Shown: piece after piece, positions 39,801 through 48,158 of the stretch | Layout of the letters: the number at the start of each line of letters is the position of its first letter | How positions within the stretch are numbered: the stretch's first letter is position 1 | Sequence record: PP885733.1 | DNA length: 64,000 nucleotides | Strand: one strand, 5' to 3' | The notes under the pieces: generated by a model | Seen by the model: only the letters and a program-made list of their open reading frames with translations | Told to the model about the DNA's origin: nothing | Databases searched by the model: none | Translations under genes and position numbers: made by a program

Positions 39801-41140
39801 TTGGTGACTTTCCAGACGTTCTTAGGGATTGGTTTCTCATCTGGACCGAGAGAACTCAAGTAGTCCTCGTAGTCGTAGAACTTCATCTCATCCATAGGCT
39901 GATAGTTATCCGCCATACGGTTGATCATTCCAGGACCAGCCATTGATACGTAAGAAACCACGTTACCCATATCAGTTAACTGTTTAACCTGACCGCGAAT
40001 CCATTTCGCTTGCTTCGGGTTATTCTTCATTAACTTATCGATCATCTTCTTACCGCCACCATGGGTGAAGTAATAAGGAAGCTGTTCGATTGCAACGCCT
40101 GCGACCATTTGGCCCAGCATGTCACCGATAGTGCCGCGACTCATTTCGCCCGCACCCATATCGAGACCCATTGCTGCACCGCCTACCAGGTCACCCACTG
40201 AACCGTAGAGATCTTTACGAGCTGACGAACCAAAGCGAGTACGGACATATTCGCCCAAACCGCCCATACGACGACCTACTGCGCTGAAGAGTCCATCTCG
40301 AGCTGCAGCTTTAGTCGCACTATACATCGACGTCTTTTCGAAGTCACTCATCGCGGTATTTTCAACGATAAGTTTAAGCTGTTTCACTTCAGCATGAATA
40401 CCTGCTTCCATGAACTTATAGAACTTAGACGATTGAACATACTGGCGGGCTGTTAAGTTAAGCATCGCTTGATCCATGCGAGCTTGAACGTTACGTTGGT
40501 ATGACAGCATATCACGAATACCACCTTCGATATTCACGAGCTGTCGGTTACCACCCATAATAGTAGACTGGAGGCTAGCTGTTGCAGCCGCAGTCATTTG
40601 GTTGAGGGAATCACCGAGTGCAGAGAACATTGAACTCTGAGCGCCGAGTGCTCGTTCTTGAGCATACTCAACTTCATCGTCTTGAGCATCATCCATGCCT
40701 TCGAGACGTTCTTGTCCAAGTTCGATTTTTTCCCAGTCAGAGAAATCCTTTTCACTGAATTTGTTAATACCATCATTAAGGAAATTAGGCATCTTATCGG
40801 ACATTTTTTCCGATATGTGACCTGCAATGCTTTGTAATGATTTAACGGTCTGGGCATTCTCGTTCTGGAATTCTGTCTTGAGTTCCTGGTAGCGATCGTT
40901 AATGAACGCTGCCTTATCAAGAGCATTTGAGAATGTACTCGGTAATATAGTACGAAGCGATCTAATCTTAGCATCGGTCGTACCAACAGTTCCGTCTGTG
41001 AGTCCGGTCAAGAACCCCGATGTGAACCCACCAAGAAAACTCTTCTTGGCATTTGGATCCATGTCGAAGTCCATATCGAAACCGTAGTCCCCGTCGAACA
41101 TGTCGTCCGAGTCCCAATCGATCTCAAAATCATCTTTCAT
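33887..41140 (-). CDS. Large tail (tape-measure-like) protein with C-terminal GH19 lysozyme/chitinase-like domain (phiKZ gp181/OBP gp276 position)
   Basis: 2417 aa; ARKETGGY..VENTNWS..GWDYRGRGFFQLTGKANY..AVRGINGG; divergent from the RNAP genes. Confidence 0.88.
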   Translation of the reverse strand: MKDDFEIDWDSDDMFDGDYGFDMDFDMDPNAKKSFLGGFTSGFLTGLTDGTVGTTDAKIRSLRTILPSTFSNALDKAAFINDRYQELKTEFQNENAQTVKSLQSIAGHISEKMSDKMPNFLNDGINKFSEKDFSDWEKIELGQERLEGMDDAQDDEVEYAQERALGAQSSMFSALGDSLNQMTAAATASLQSTIMGGNRQLVNIEGGIRDMLSYQRNVQARMDQAMLNLTARQYVQSSKFYKFMEAGIHAEVKQLKLIVENTAMSDFEKTSMYSATKAAARDGLFSAVGRRMGGLGEYVRTRFGSSARKDLYGSVGDLVGGAAMGLDMGAGEMSRGTIGDMLGQMVAGVAIEQLPYYFTHGGGKKMIDKLMKNNPKQAKWIRGQVKQLTDMGNVVSYVSMAGPGMINRMADNYQPMDEMKFYDYEDYLSSLGPDEKPIPKNVWKVTNSAGNILKSKINSIMVDVGKARGTQYTIKQRDVRDLSQPGIWKEMNNITLNEVIPGLLSQQVQILEQIRTGRDDVEKVSYNYMRGQFMKDSDRKTTVQADLMPHSDFKNFASAAMAMVEDLDPKGYLSSGAKKALALQIAKDVDAEKAFNPFYYLGNIPGMSAAHQKEVHDIMKIHFGIKDEDVEAFNNADSFGQVKIASRMPTRKGRERLAKSASAAENLMKNYPNIAERINLLRQTGNEQMLRDIGVIYNENGVDKINVQVFHDRIGQYMDDPNNPTLRGAVTGGTRGTSAPTRGSIPGASGSPPIITQGGDPELNNALASLNERLSALATSIDAQQQAKGQLVNFDTATGELSAIKDSNEGILANTTKLAQLMGDFYEMAAAGKLLVGKLTLKEEREEEQAKLSIWEAVKSKFPPGMMTKGMEFLTNNSPLILGGMLGGISSSFISNPLLAASVAGAGLLAGGVVQYWGRVDAAAKSMGAGAEPSDEEDILDEKGEPLLRSSKLKAGDYVDAVTRRVIKTWRDIKGPIYDVISKTVIGVRDLGAKIFGPDGRAVVLSGLKRAKDAAIGAWNATDPIGRIKGMVAMGKSLIYQQDVYVRGDSEPRLLAIKFKSGEYYIRNENNEFKSISGWNEINGAVYDEKGNQLVTDQEFEAGLITATGAAVRNVGGMAANLAGTAAGLAKTGFDSLLGRFGYAKGPADAGKPGGASFASSSGVERRLDRIYKLLEQQFGISIPDEGLDAAMASASGAAAASGGSTGGASSGNPFRLNSLSFKARQKEQDEKHKVNEAIIKIAENTEGLGSGEGKEEEKGGFFGKLKGMLGGIATFGMNLIKNPIGTIGSLVFGSLTKSASRLAKIGGMMFSGVLGAASPIYKLLKWGFTGLAKAFIGGRAAKAGMDALGDLGGDGVDQHGQSGKKKKGSKTKGGKPARGGKPRGRFRIGNPMSMAIGTGLSYLGAQALGEGESSPTGEADISMGERDPATGHYRTGGDVVFDAMTQWLPQGQLANAGANALVGSDTMDKWNNYGLFWSSDGKFFLKRDEMEQHEDDVRGIGGDKEGFGQISNLNKPSRQRSIRLAMYGVNNIRSSLGRRILLLEKLLYPWVQIRGDRASLKPDTPIEKILAQFMQAEATPFNDKNAVAGWYQSRFKPIFLMFNAAVSVAKMGDLDEFDMAKKFDVVQVIERVQQAIATMDPYPYNIDMRIDSDVGLMNEELTRHAIGNMFENLKKDFPAPSEDVEKIATDATGTKAAEVKGTTVQSAPTHEMAAQDKLGAQAALASQQAIGAKFQQSAKVTEIDISDLMPGGDTAMDPFVMTRLAAYGNIDNMPWRVAAVLRLERYMENFIMVMGDDARFTGKSGQVLELFKASFRIDNDIASNNWMAWFRDRFLPILMTYVKGVKKYKGTLPAVGWKSLSATNRALIAHSLTEQLINVNDQQVSIWEVEASPFPNSKSGKWSDRATKYLAILDAKAQQARLRDPELEDMNSRTMEEKDPQKFQRDKEADEAKRKDLDIKLKTANASSNPTGGASPMPGFNGPAGTAMSQGGYYPNATMSAPGGAPGSAGEFMGKANENFNPEFIKKAGEDKGVKMSLEQGEKLMLNHLVKAGFKDNKVLALALAMARKETGGYQSTVENTNWSAPTLLKYFKNVPDAATAQKVAAMSPAERAMWVYGRAPKGPQLGNSKPEDGWDYRGRGFFQLTGKANYEKFKKDTGIDVVSNPRLVSEDPNVMAESAVWYLKNNAAMKSIAKTGDFDTAVRGINGGNAVPATDERRKYYNDYLNKLRSGDIDLGDDAANAANADPDAADPMLAQQSQPPAASDKNVPPEQKADEQTVGKPGKTVSELLAEADQSKQPSNVGSSSSGSASSLDPSAPGTPAADALAANAKPATPAAEPSGGSNTTGSPSVSSAQAAPAAPVDKGPAPVPQVNIPDNLQTTDATVAAALGQTNALLTQLVKGQNRGDGNSIVDMR

Positions 41141-41164
41141 ATAAACCTCGTTAGGAAATCACTA

Positions 41165-42790
41165 ATGGCCAGAAAACCTACTAACTTTACCTTGCTTGAT
41201 CCCAGCAAGGTACCGTGGCAATTAATGCGGCCTGTCACAGTGGCAGACACATTTGAAGGTCAAACGAGTAACCTCAACGATGATGGTCTTTATTCAACAG
41301 CAATCTTCGGACGCGTTGGTACCGACGAGCGTGATAAAACTGAATCATACATTGATGTAACTCTCCCAATATTCAACCCGACGTATTTTAAAGCGCTCAT
41401 CCAACTTAAGAGCTTATACGGCGAAATCATCCGTGGGCGGGCATATGCCATTTGGGATGACACCGAGAAGGATTTCATAAAATCCAACATCATCGATGGC
41501 GATACTGGATTCGCTTTCTTTATGTCTCACTTTAACCAGTTGGATCCTAAACAAAACGAATCCTTTAAACGTAAACAGAAGATCGACCTGGTTAACGGTT
41601 TCAAAGACCGTGCTCTGTCGAGTAAGATTCTGGTTATGCCAGCGGGTATTCGTGATGTGGAGATTGCCCCTGGTACGGCGATGGTTACTGAGAATGAAAT
41701 CAACGACCTTTACCGTAAACTGATCTTCCGTAGTAAATCCCTGAACGTGAAGAACGTTGACTTTGAGGACCCGGTATATGACAACATCCGCTGGGGTCTT
41801 CAGGAAAGCTTCAACAACATCGGCGACTTCCTGTTTAAGATGCAGGAAGGTAAGCGTGGCTTTATGCAACGCCGCATGTCCCGTCGTTCCATCTTCGGCG
41901 CAACTCGTAACGTAATCACATCCCGTAAAGTTTCTGTTGAGGATTGTGACAACAACGTAACTGGGGATCCGAACTCCACCATCATCGGTTTGTATCAAGC
42001 CCTGCTCGGATTCAACTTAGTTGCTATCTACGAGCTCACCAATGGCTTCCTGAGCGACGTGTTCACTCCAGGTATGGCAATGGCACGCTTGGTCGATCCG
42101 AAGACTCTCAAGAGCACCTACGTAGAAGTAGATCCTCTTGCTGTTGACAAGTGGACTTCCTCCGATGGCCTGACTTCTCTGTTCAACGGATATGGTTCTC
42201 CAAACCTTCGTAACCGTGACATCAAAATCGCTGGACATTATCTCGGTCTGGTGTATGATGATGGTAAGAAAGTTATGCTCCTGCATGACATCGATGACTT
42301 ACCAGAAGGCTGGGACCGTAAACACGTTCGTCCAGTAACTTACACGCAGTTCTTCTACATGCAGACCGTTAAGGCCATTGAGAAGAAAATGTTGCAAGTT
42401 ACTCGATACCCAATTACTGGGATAGGTTCCATCTACCCGAGCCGTGTATTCGTCATGCCGACGAACTCAACTTCTTCGAGCCGTACGTTGTTCGACATTG
42501 ACGGGGAAACTGCCATTACGTCGTATAACTACTTCCCTGCCTGGACGAAGAACCCAAGCTACTTCGATGGAATGTCTATTGCAAACATCCGTCTGGGATT
42601 AGCCGGTGGTGACTTCGATGGTGACGCATTATCAGCGAACTCCATTATGGCTGAGGACTCGATTCGTGAAGTAGAGAAGATGTTCGGTAAACGTGACTTC
42701 TACATCTCTGGTGCAGGTGACTTCTTGTATGACCCTGTTCAGGAACCTCATGAATTCCTTTTACGTTCACTTACTAACGGATTATCGTAA
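41165..42790 (+). CDS. Virion RNA polymerase beta' N-terminal subunit with active site (phiKZ gp180-type)
   Basis: DGLYSTAIFG, VTRYP, GLAGGDFDGD catalytic motif. Confidence 0.92.
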   Translation: MARKPTNFTLLDPSKVPWQLMRPVTVADTFEGQTSNLNDDGLYSTAIFGRVGTDERDKTESYIDVTLPIFNPTYFKALIQLKSLYGEIIRGRAYAIWDDTEKDFIKSNIIDGDTGFAFFMSHFNQLDPKQNESFKRKQKIDLVNGFKDRALSSKILVMPAGIRDVEIAPGTAMVTENEINDLYRKLIFRSKSLNVKNVDFEDPVYDNIRWGLQESFNNIGDFLFKMQEGKRGFMQRRMSRRSIFGATRNVITSRKVSVEDCDNNVTGDPNSTIIGLYQALLGFNLVAIYELTNGFLSDVFTPGMAMARLVDPKTLKSTYVEVDPLAVDKWTSSDGLTSLFNGYGSPNLRNRDIKIAGHYLGLVYDDGKKVMLLHDIDDLPEGWDRKHVRPVTYTQFFYMQTVKAIEKKMLQVTRYPITGIGSIYPSRVFVMPTNSTSSSRTLFDIDGETAITSYNYFPAWTKNPSYFDGMSIANIRLGLAGGDFDGDALSANSIMAEDSIREVEKMFGKRDFYISGAGDFLYDPVQEPHEFLLRSLTNGLS

Positions 42791-45700
42791 TGTTCCAAAA
42801 CGAAGATATGTTTAGTATTGATGGTAATGAAGCCATGCAGTATAGCATGTTTGCTAAACTGTTTGGTACACGTGAGAAGATCAATGATGTATTATCACCG
42901 CGTTATAATCCGGTTGGTGACATCATGCTTCCACGTGAGTCTATCATTCACTACATGCAGCATATCCCAGGTGAGGTGGGGCCGTCGAACACGGCTCCTT
43001 TCATTAGCAACTACGACAAGCGTATTAACATCTTCTTTAATACGAACCATGAAGTAGTTCTGGGATCAACTAAGATTCTGGCAACCCAGTTAAGTGCTGT
43101 TATCAAACAGTACGAGGGTTCCCACTTTATCTATAACCGTGCGCGGCAATATCAGACCGCATTGGCTAAAGACGGCGAACTGATGGTAAACAACCTGGCT
43201 ATTGGTCAGGTTCCTATCGTCTACAAACGCCGTACTGTATTTACACCGTTCCAGATCAACTACAACAACTGGAGTACGTTGGTCACTTCCTTGAACGAGT
43301 TCAGCAAGTTCAATAAACACCAGTTCGTCGAGGTCCCATTACCTCGTACGTTCCCGTCGTTTATTCGTCTGCAACAGGACTTCAATCGTTATAAGAGTTT
43401 CTTCGATAAGAACATGGAGATCTCCCATTACGACAAGAAGACTTTGCAGATGTATCAAGCTGAGCAAAGTTTCTGGTTACTGGACCTCTTTGGTATCCTC
43501 ATGGGTTTCAAAGAGAAAGATTACAGTATCTTCAGCAAGCTCAATGATGATGCTCGTCGCCAACTGGAATTCATCTTCACTTATAACGGTAAGTGCTGGA
43601 TTGTAAACCTCCAGAACGTTATTAACCTTTTGGCCTATTCCGATAAGCCGAAAGACGAAGAACCAGGTGCGACTAAGATTAACCACTTTAAGCGTTTCTA
43701 TATTGCGCTTATTAGTCTAGTCACCCCTATTGACACGAAACAGAATGTAGGTCAGGAAGATGACAGACAAGAACGAAATGACAAGCACGCTGGAAGCGTC
43801 GAAGAGGAAGAAGTTTCCGAAGATCGGATTCTTGGCGAAGATACCGTTGTGGATGATAGTCCTCGGGGTGATTCTCTCGCTGACCTTTACGCCAGCGCTA
43901 AAGGAAATGATAATGTACCACCTGAGCCCGCAGGAAAACCGGGAGTCCAGGTTGATAATGAAGCACTTGGTGGGGATACCGATGAGTCCGAGCTCGACCC
44001 TTCCGAAGAGTGGAACTCCGAAGTAGATGATGAGATCTTTGAACGCGCTACTGTTGAACAGGTAGCAGTTGTATCAAACTCTCAGGTTTACTCTCCTACT
44101 TCATCTATTAGTCGTGAGCTGGAAGAACTGGCTCGTACTGGACAGCTGACTTCCAAAGAAATGGAGTTCTTTGACAAAGCTGCTAATACCTATAAGGACA
44201 TTGAGGTCGGTGGTGTTCCACTGGAACAGATCATCGATATCAAGAAGGAAGACATGGTTCTGAAGAATGAACCTATCTGTCCTGACAGTATCGTTGTTCG
44301 CGACAAAGCAGCTCTGAAGTCTCGCACTACAGATTTAACCAAAGAGTATAACTCACAGTTGCTGGAACGTAACGTTCTGGAAATGATTCTCTTTGGTGCT
44401 CAGAACGGCAAGACCGCACTGACTGACTTGGATATGGAACGTACCATTACGGCTGACTCCAAGTACAACGTGCTGACCATGCAGTTCCAACCATTGAAGG
44501 GTAGTCGCACTACTCGTCGTATTCGTATGCCTATCGTTGAGGAAGATGGTTCCTTTACCATCAACGGGGTTAAGTCCTACGCTCAGTTAATGCGTATGGA
44601 ATTGCCAATCCGTAAGATCTCTCCGACCAAGGTTGCGTTGACTTCTTATTACGATAAGAAGATCATGGTTGAGCGTTCCACCAAACGTGTTGACGATTAT
44701 CGTAACTGGTTGAAGTCTTCTATTATTGCTCGTTCTTACGCTGACAAGTCAATCCAGGTAAGCCTGGGTGGATTCAAACCGCCTAAGGAAGAAGTGTGCT
44801 ACTACTACAGTGTGTTAGCATCTCGCTTCAAGTCGATTACAACTCCTGAGTTCCATTTCGACTTCGATACCGTTTCTCTGGTTACTACCAAAGAAGAAGC
44901 GAAGCTGTGTAACGCAAGCCAATGGATCATTGGTCGTAAAGACGAGAAACCAATCTTTATCGACTCTACCGGTCTGGTAACTGTGGATGGGCAGGATCAG
45001 GGGTACATCGAGGAACTCCTCGGCCTGAACATTGCCAAAGCACCAATCCCTACAGCCACGGTTAACATTAACGGTTATCACTTCCCAGCAGTTGTTGTCC
45101 TGTCCTACTGGATCGGCTTCAGCAACCTGTTGAAGATGTTGAAAGTGGATTACCGTACTGTTGATCCTGATCAGCGTGCTCAGCTCGGTGCAGATGAGTT
45201 CATGGTCGTCTTTGCTGACGAACGCATGATTCTGAACCGTCGTGATGAACTGTCAACATTAATTATGTCGGGACTCCGCAAGCTCACTAACTTGCAGAAC
45301 TTCTCGCGTTCCCATTTAGATGATCCGAACATCTGGTTTGGTCTCATTGGTGATCCTCGTGTTAAACCGAGTCACTTCAAAGAGATGACCATGTTGTACG
45401 ATATGTTTATCGACCCAATTACCAAGCGTCAATTGGAACAGATGAAGTATCCATTCATTCTGGATAAACTGATTGTCGAAGCTGTTAAACTCATGCTGAG
45501 TAACGAGTCCAAACACGAGATCGAAATTACCGAACAACGCTTTGTCGGTTATGAACGTTTTGCTGGTCACGTCTATCGTGAGCTTGTTAAAGCAACTCGT
45601 CAGTATCGTAACAAACCGAACAACGGTAAGAAAACCTTTGACCTCAACCCTGAAGCTGTAATGATGGCTATCCTGAGTGACTCCTCTGCACAGGCAACTG

Positions 45701-47115
45701 AAGAGGTTAACCCAATCCATCAGATCAAGCAACAGGAAGAGGTGACGTTCGGTGGTACATTAGGTCGTAGCGACCGTGCCATGGTGCGTCGTACTCGTGG
45801 TCAGTTACCAAACTACGCAGGGATAATCTCTGAGGCTGGTAAGGACTCCGGTAAAGTTGGCTTCATTAGTTACTTGACTTCAGATGCGAAGATCACTGAC
45901 CTTTATGGTAACATCGATGTTAATCTGAAAGGTACCACTGTAGGTCGTGGCTCCGTGGTCATGAACACCTTATATGGTACTACCAAGGACGATACCAAAC
46001 GTACACTGTTCTCCGGCGTACAGCAGTCGCAGGTTATGGCTGCCGATAACTACGTTGTTAACCCACTGCGTACTTCTTACGACAGCGTTATCGCATATCG
46101 CACTTCTGAGCTGTACTCGTCTATCTCTAAGAAGGATGGGAAGATCACGGAAGTAACCGATTATGGTATCACTGTGGAATACGAAGACGGGACAACGGAT
46201 AAGTTCCCGCTGGGTTATGAGATTGGTAAAGGTGCAGGTGAATATCACAAGCACTTGAAGATCACTGACCGTGAAGTTGGATACAAGTTCAAGAAAGGTG
46301 AAATCCTGGCTTGGGACTCTGTGTTCTTTGACCGTGATATGATCGACCCAACTCGTGTCGTCTGGAAGTCAGGCGGTATGGCTCGAATTGCCTTCATCGA
46401 AGATCAGTTCACCTTTGAAGACTCCATCGGTATTGTTAAGGACTTCTCGGATCGCTCCACTACTCCGTACCTTAAACCGAATGACTTTAAAGTAGAAGCC
46501 GCTCAGTCTATCAAACTCCATGTTAAAGTGGGTGACGTCGTTGAGTACGACCAGATCCTATGCGACATCGAGAACCCTGAATCTGCTGCCTTTGAGGGCG
46601 ACGATGCTGGGTTGTTTGATGGCTTAGACCGTTTAGGTATCAAGCAACATAAGGCTAAGCAATCAGGTCGAATCTCCAAAATCGAAGTCATCTATAACGG
46701 CGACCCAGAAGACTGGAGTGATTCACTGAAAGCCTTTATCAAGAAGCAAGATGGGATTCGTGCTAAGTCGGCTAACTATAAGAAACTCACTGCCTCTACC
46801 GGTGACGTTGGTGGTAACACCTCTGTTGGTAAGAGCAAGGTTTACCCTGGTACTGCGGTTGTGTACATCTATATTGAGAACACAATCAAAACCACTACTG
46901 CGGATAAGTTCGTGGTTGGTAACCAGATGAAGGGTACAGTTGGCTTCATTTACGAATATCCTATCTACACTACCGATGGGCGTGCTGTTGACATTACGTT
47001 CTCACTTAAGTCACTGTTGAACCGAATGGTTCTGAGCTTACGTGATAAGGCTGTCGCCAACGAAGTTAACAACGTCTACACCCAACGCATGATTTCGAAA
47101 TACGGGAAATACTAA
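42790..47115 (+). CDS. Virion RNA polymerase beta N-terminal/middle subunit (phiKZ gp178-type)
   Basis: 1441 aa; FTINGV, EEVNPIH, SEAGKDSGKVG, ADKFVVGNQMKGTVG, AVDITFS. Confidence 0.9.
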   Translation: MFQNEDMFSIDGNEAMQYSMFAKLFGTREKINDVLSPRYNPVGDIMLPRESIIHYMQHIPGEVGPSNTAPFISNYDKRINIFFNTNHEVVLGSTKILATQLSAVIKQYEGSHFIYNRARQYQTALAKDGELMVNNLAIGQVPIVYKRRTVFTPFQINYNNWSTLVTSLNEFSKFNKHQFVEVPLPRTFPSFIRLQQDFNRYKSFFDKNMEISHYDKKTLQMYQAEQSFWLLDLFGILMGFKEKDYSIFSKLNDDARRQLEFIFTYNGKCWIVNLQNVINLLAYSDKPKDEEPGATKINHFKRFYIALISLVTPIDTKQNVGQEDDRQERNDKHAGSVEEEEVSEDRILGEDTVVDDSPRGDSLADLYASAKGNDNVPPEPAGKPGVQVDNEALGGDTDESELDPSEEWNSEVDDEIFERATVEQVAVVSNSQVYSPTSSISRELEELARTGQLTSKEMEFFDKAANTYKDIEVGGVPLEQIIDIKKEDMVLKNEPICPDSIVVRDKAALKSRTTDLTKEYNSQLLERNVLEMILFGAQNGKTALTDLDMERTITADSKYNVLTMQFQPLKGSRTTRRIRMPIVEEDGSFTINGVKSYAQLMRMELPIRKISPTKVALTSYYDKKIMVERSTKRVDDYRNWLKSSIIARSYADKSIQVSLGGFKPPKEEVCYYYSVLASRFKSITTPEFHFDFDTVSLVTTKEEAKLCNASQWIIGRKDEKPIFIDSTGLVTVDGQDQGYIEELLGLNIAKAPIPTATVNINGYHFPAVVVLSYWIGFSNLLKMLKVDYRTVDPDQRAQLGADEFMVVFADERMILNRRDELSTLIMSGLRKLTNLQNFSRSHLDDPNIWFGLIGDPRVKPSHFKEMTMLYDMFIDPITKRQLEQMKYPFILDKLIVEAVKLMLSNESKHEIEITEQRFVGYERFAGHVYRELVKATRQYRNKPNNGKKTFDLNPEAVMMAILSDSSAQATEEVNPIHQIKQQEEVTFGGTLGRSDRAMVRRTRGQLPNYAGIISEAGKDSGKVGFISYLTSDAKITDLYGNIDVNLKGTTVGRGSVVMNTLYGTTKDDTKRTLFSGVQQSQVMAADNYVVNPLRTSYDSVIAYRTSELYSSISKKDGKITEVTDYGITVEYEDGTTDKFPLGYEIGKGAGEYHKHLKITDREVGYKFKKGEILAWDSVFFDRDMIDPTRVVWKSGGMARIAFIEDQFTFEDSIGIVKDFSDRSTTPYLKPNDFKVEAAQSIKLHVKVGDVVEYDQILCDIENPESAAFEGDDAGLFDGLDRLGIKQHKAKQSGRISKIEVIYNGDPEDWSDSLKAFIKKQDGIRAKSANYKKLTASTGDVGGNTSVGKSKVYPGTAVVYIYIENTIKTTTADKFVVGNQMKGTVGFIYEYPIYTTDGRAVDITFSLKSLLNRMVLSLRDKAVANEVNNVYTQRMISKYGKY

Positions 47116-47981
47116 TGTCAAACTCCAACACTGATGTATTCGGTCTTAAAACGATGCAGTCATTGTTGCGGGAAGTCAAACTCTATGGAGGCCGCATCGA
47201 CGGCCTCTTTGGAGGAGGCTGCCGTACTGCATTCATCACAATGCTGAAAACGAAAGACCCAGCATTTAACAAACAACTACCGGCTCCTGGTTATGATTCA
47301 ATTTCTGTCTTCACCTATCTTCAGACTGGTTTGGCTGCTGTTGGTCTTTACACCCGTCGTATTGATGGTATCTGGGGTGATGGTACTCTCGGAGCTTTTA
47401 GCCAGTTGGTGGAAACTTATCGAAAAGCCGCCGGCCTGCCAGAATACTCATTTGCGTGGTCTGGGCACCCGGCAGTACCGAAAGAGGGTGTAGAGAAGTA
47501 TCTGGCCTGGATGCGTAAGTGGGGCAAACCTGACGATCACGTATCTTATATCTTGAGCTGTAATGCTCTGGAAACTGGTCGTACTTTCAACCCTGCTATT
47601 CGTAACAAGTTCTCTGGTGCTGTTGGCTTGATTCAGTTCATGCCTAAATCCACAGCTCCTGACCTTGGTACCACGGCTGACGCTCTTGCAGCAATGTCAT
47701 TTGTGGAGCAGCAGGACTACGTCTTCAAATACTTTGAAAAGTACGGTTACATCAAGAAGTGCCAAAGACTGGAAGATTATTACCTTTCTATCTTCATGCC
47801 TAAGTACGTTGGGCGTGATCCAAACGAAGTTGTTGCTCGCGCTGGTACTGAAACGTACCGTCAAAACGCTGGCTTCGATTCCGATAAGAAAGGCTATTAC
47901 ACTGTCGGTGATATCGGTAGTGCAATCAACCAGTTCTATTGGGACGGGCTTGATCCGAAGAATCGCCTCGTTAAATCATAA
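47115..47981 (+). CDS. Modular endolysin: PG-binding repeats + SLT/lytic transglycosylase domain
   Basis: RIDGLFGGGCRTAF and RIDGIWGDGTLGAF; ALETGRTFNPAIRN..GAVGLIQFMP; same position as EL gp188/OBP gp279. Confidence 0.88.
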   Translation: MSNSNTDVFGLKTMQSLLREVKLYGGRIDGLFGGGCRTAFITMLKTKDPAFNKQLPAPGYDSISVFTYLQTGLAAVGLYTRRIDGIWGDGTLGAFSQLVETYRKAAGLPEYSFAWSGHPAVPKEGVEKYLAWMRKWGKPDDHVSYILSCNALETGRTFNPAIRNKFSGAVGLIQFMPKSTAPDLGTTADALAAMSFVEQQDYVFKYFEKYGYIKKCQRLEDYYLSIFMPKYVGRDPNEVVARAGTETYRQNAGFDSDKKGYYTVGDIGSAINQFYWDGLDPKNRLVKS

Positions 47982-47990
47982 GGAATCGTC

Positions 47991-48158
47991 ATGTCTGCTG
48001 TAGACAACATCATCACGGTTGCGAACTTGTTCGAAGTCGTGGCCGCAGTTCAAGAGAAAGTTGGTTATGAGTTTCAGGCTCCGCTGGACGAAGCTACTCA
48101 GAACGAAGTAACTTCTCGCACTATCAAATCCATCATCCTGGAAGGTGACGCGAAATGA
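47991..48158 (+). CDS. Small hypothetical protein (55 aa; not in ORF track)
   Basis: SD aagga; MSAVDNIITVANLFEVVAAVQEKVGYEFQAPLDEATQNEVTSRTIKSIILEGDAK*; ATGA overlap. Confidence 0.8.
   Translation: MSAVDNIITVANLFEVVAAVQEKVGYEFQAPLDEATQNEVTSRTIKSIILEGDAK

Noticed and set aside
41165-47115. Introns, inteins or homing endonucleases in the RNAP genes
   Set aside because: The ORFs are continuous and of expected length, with no LAGLIDADG/HNH or intein C...HN motifs seen
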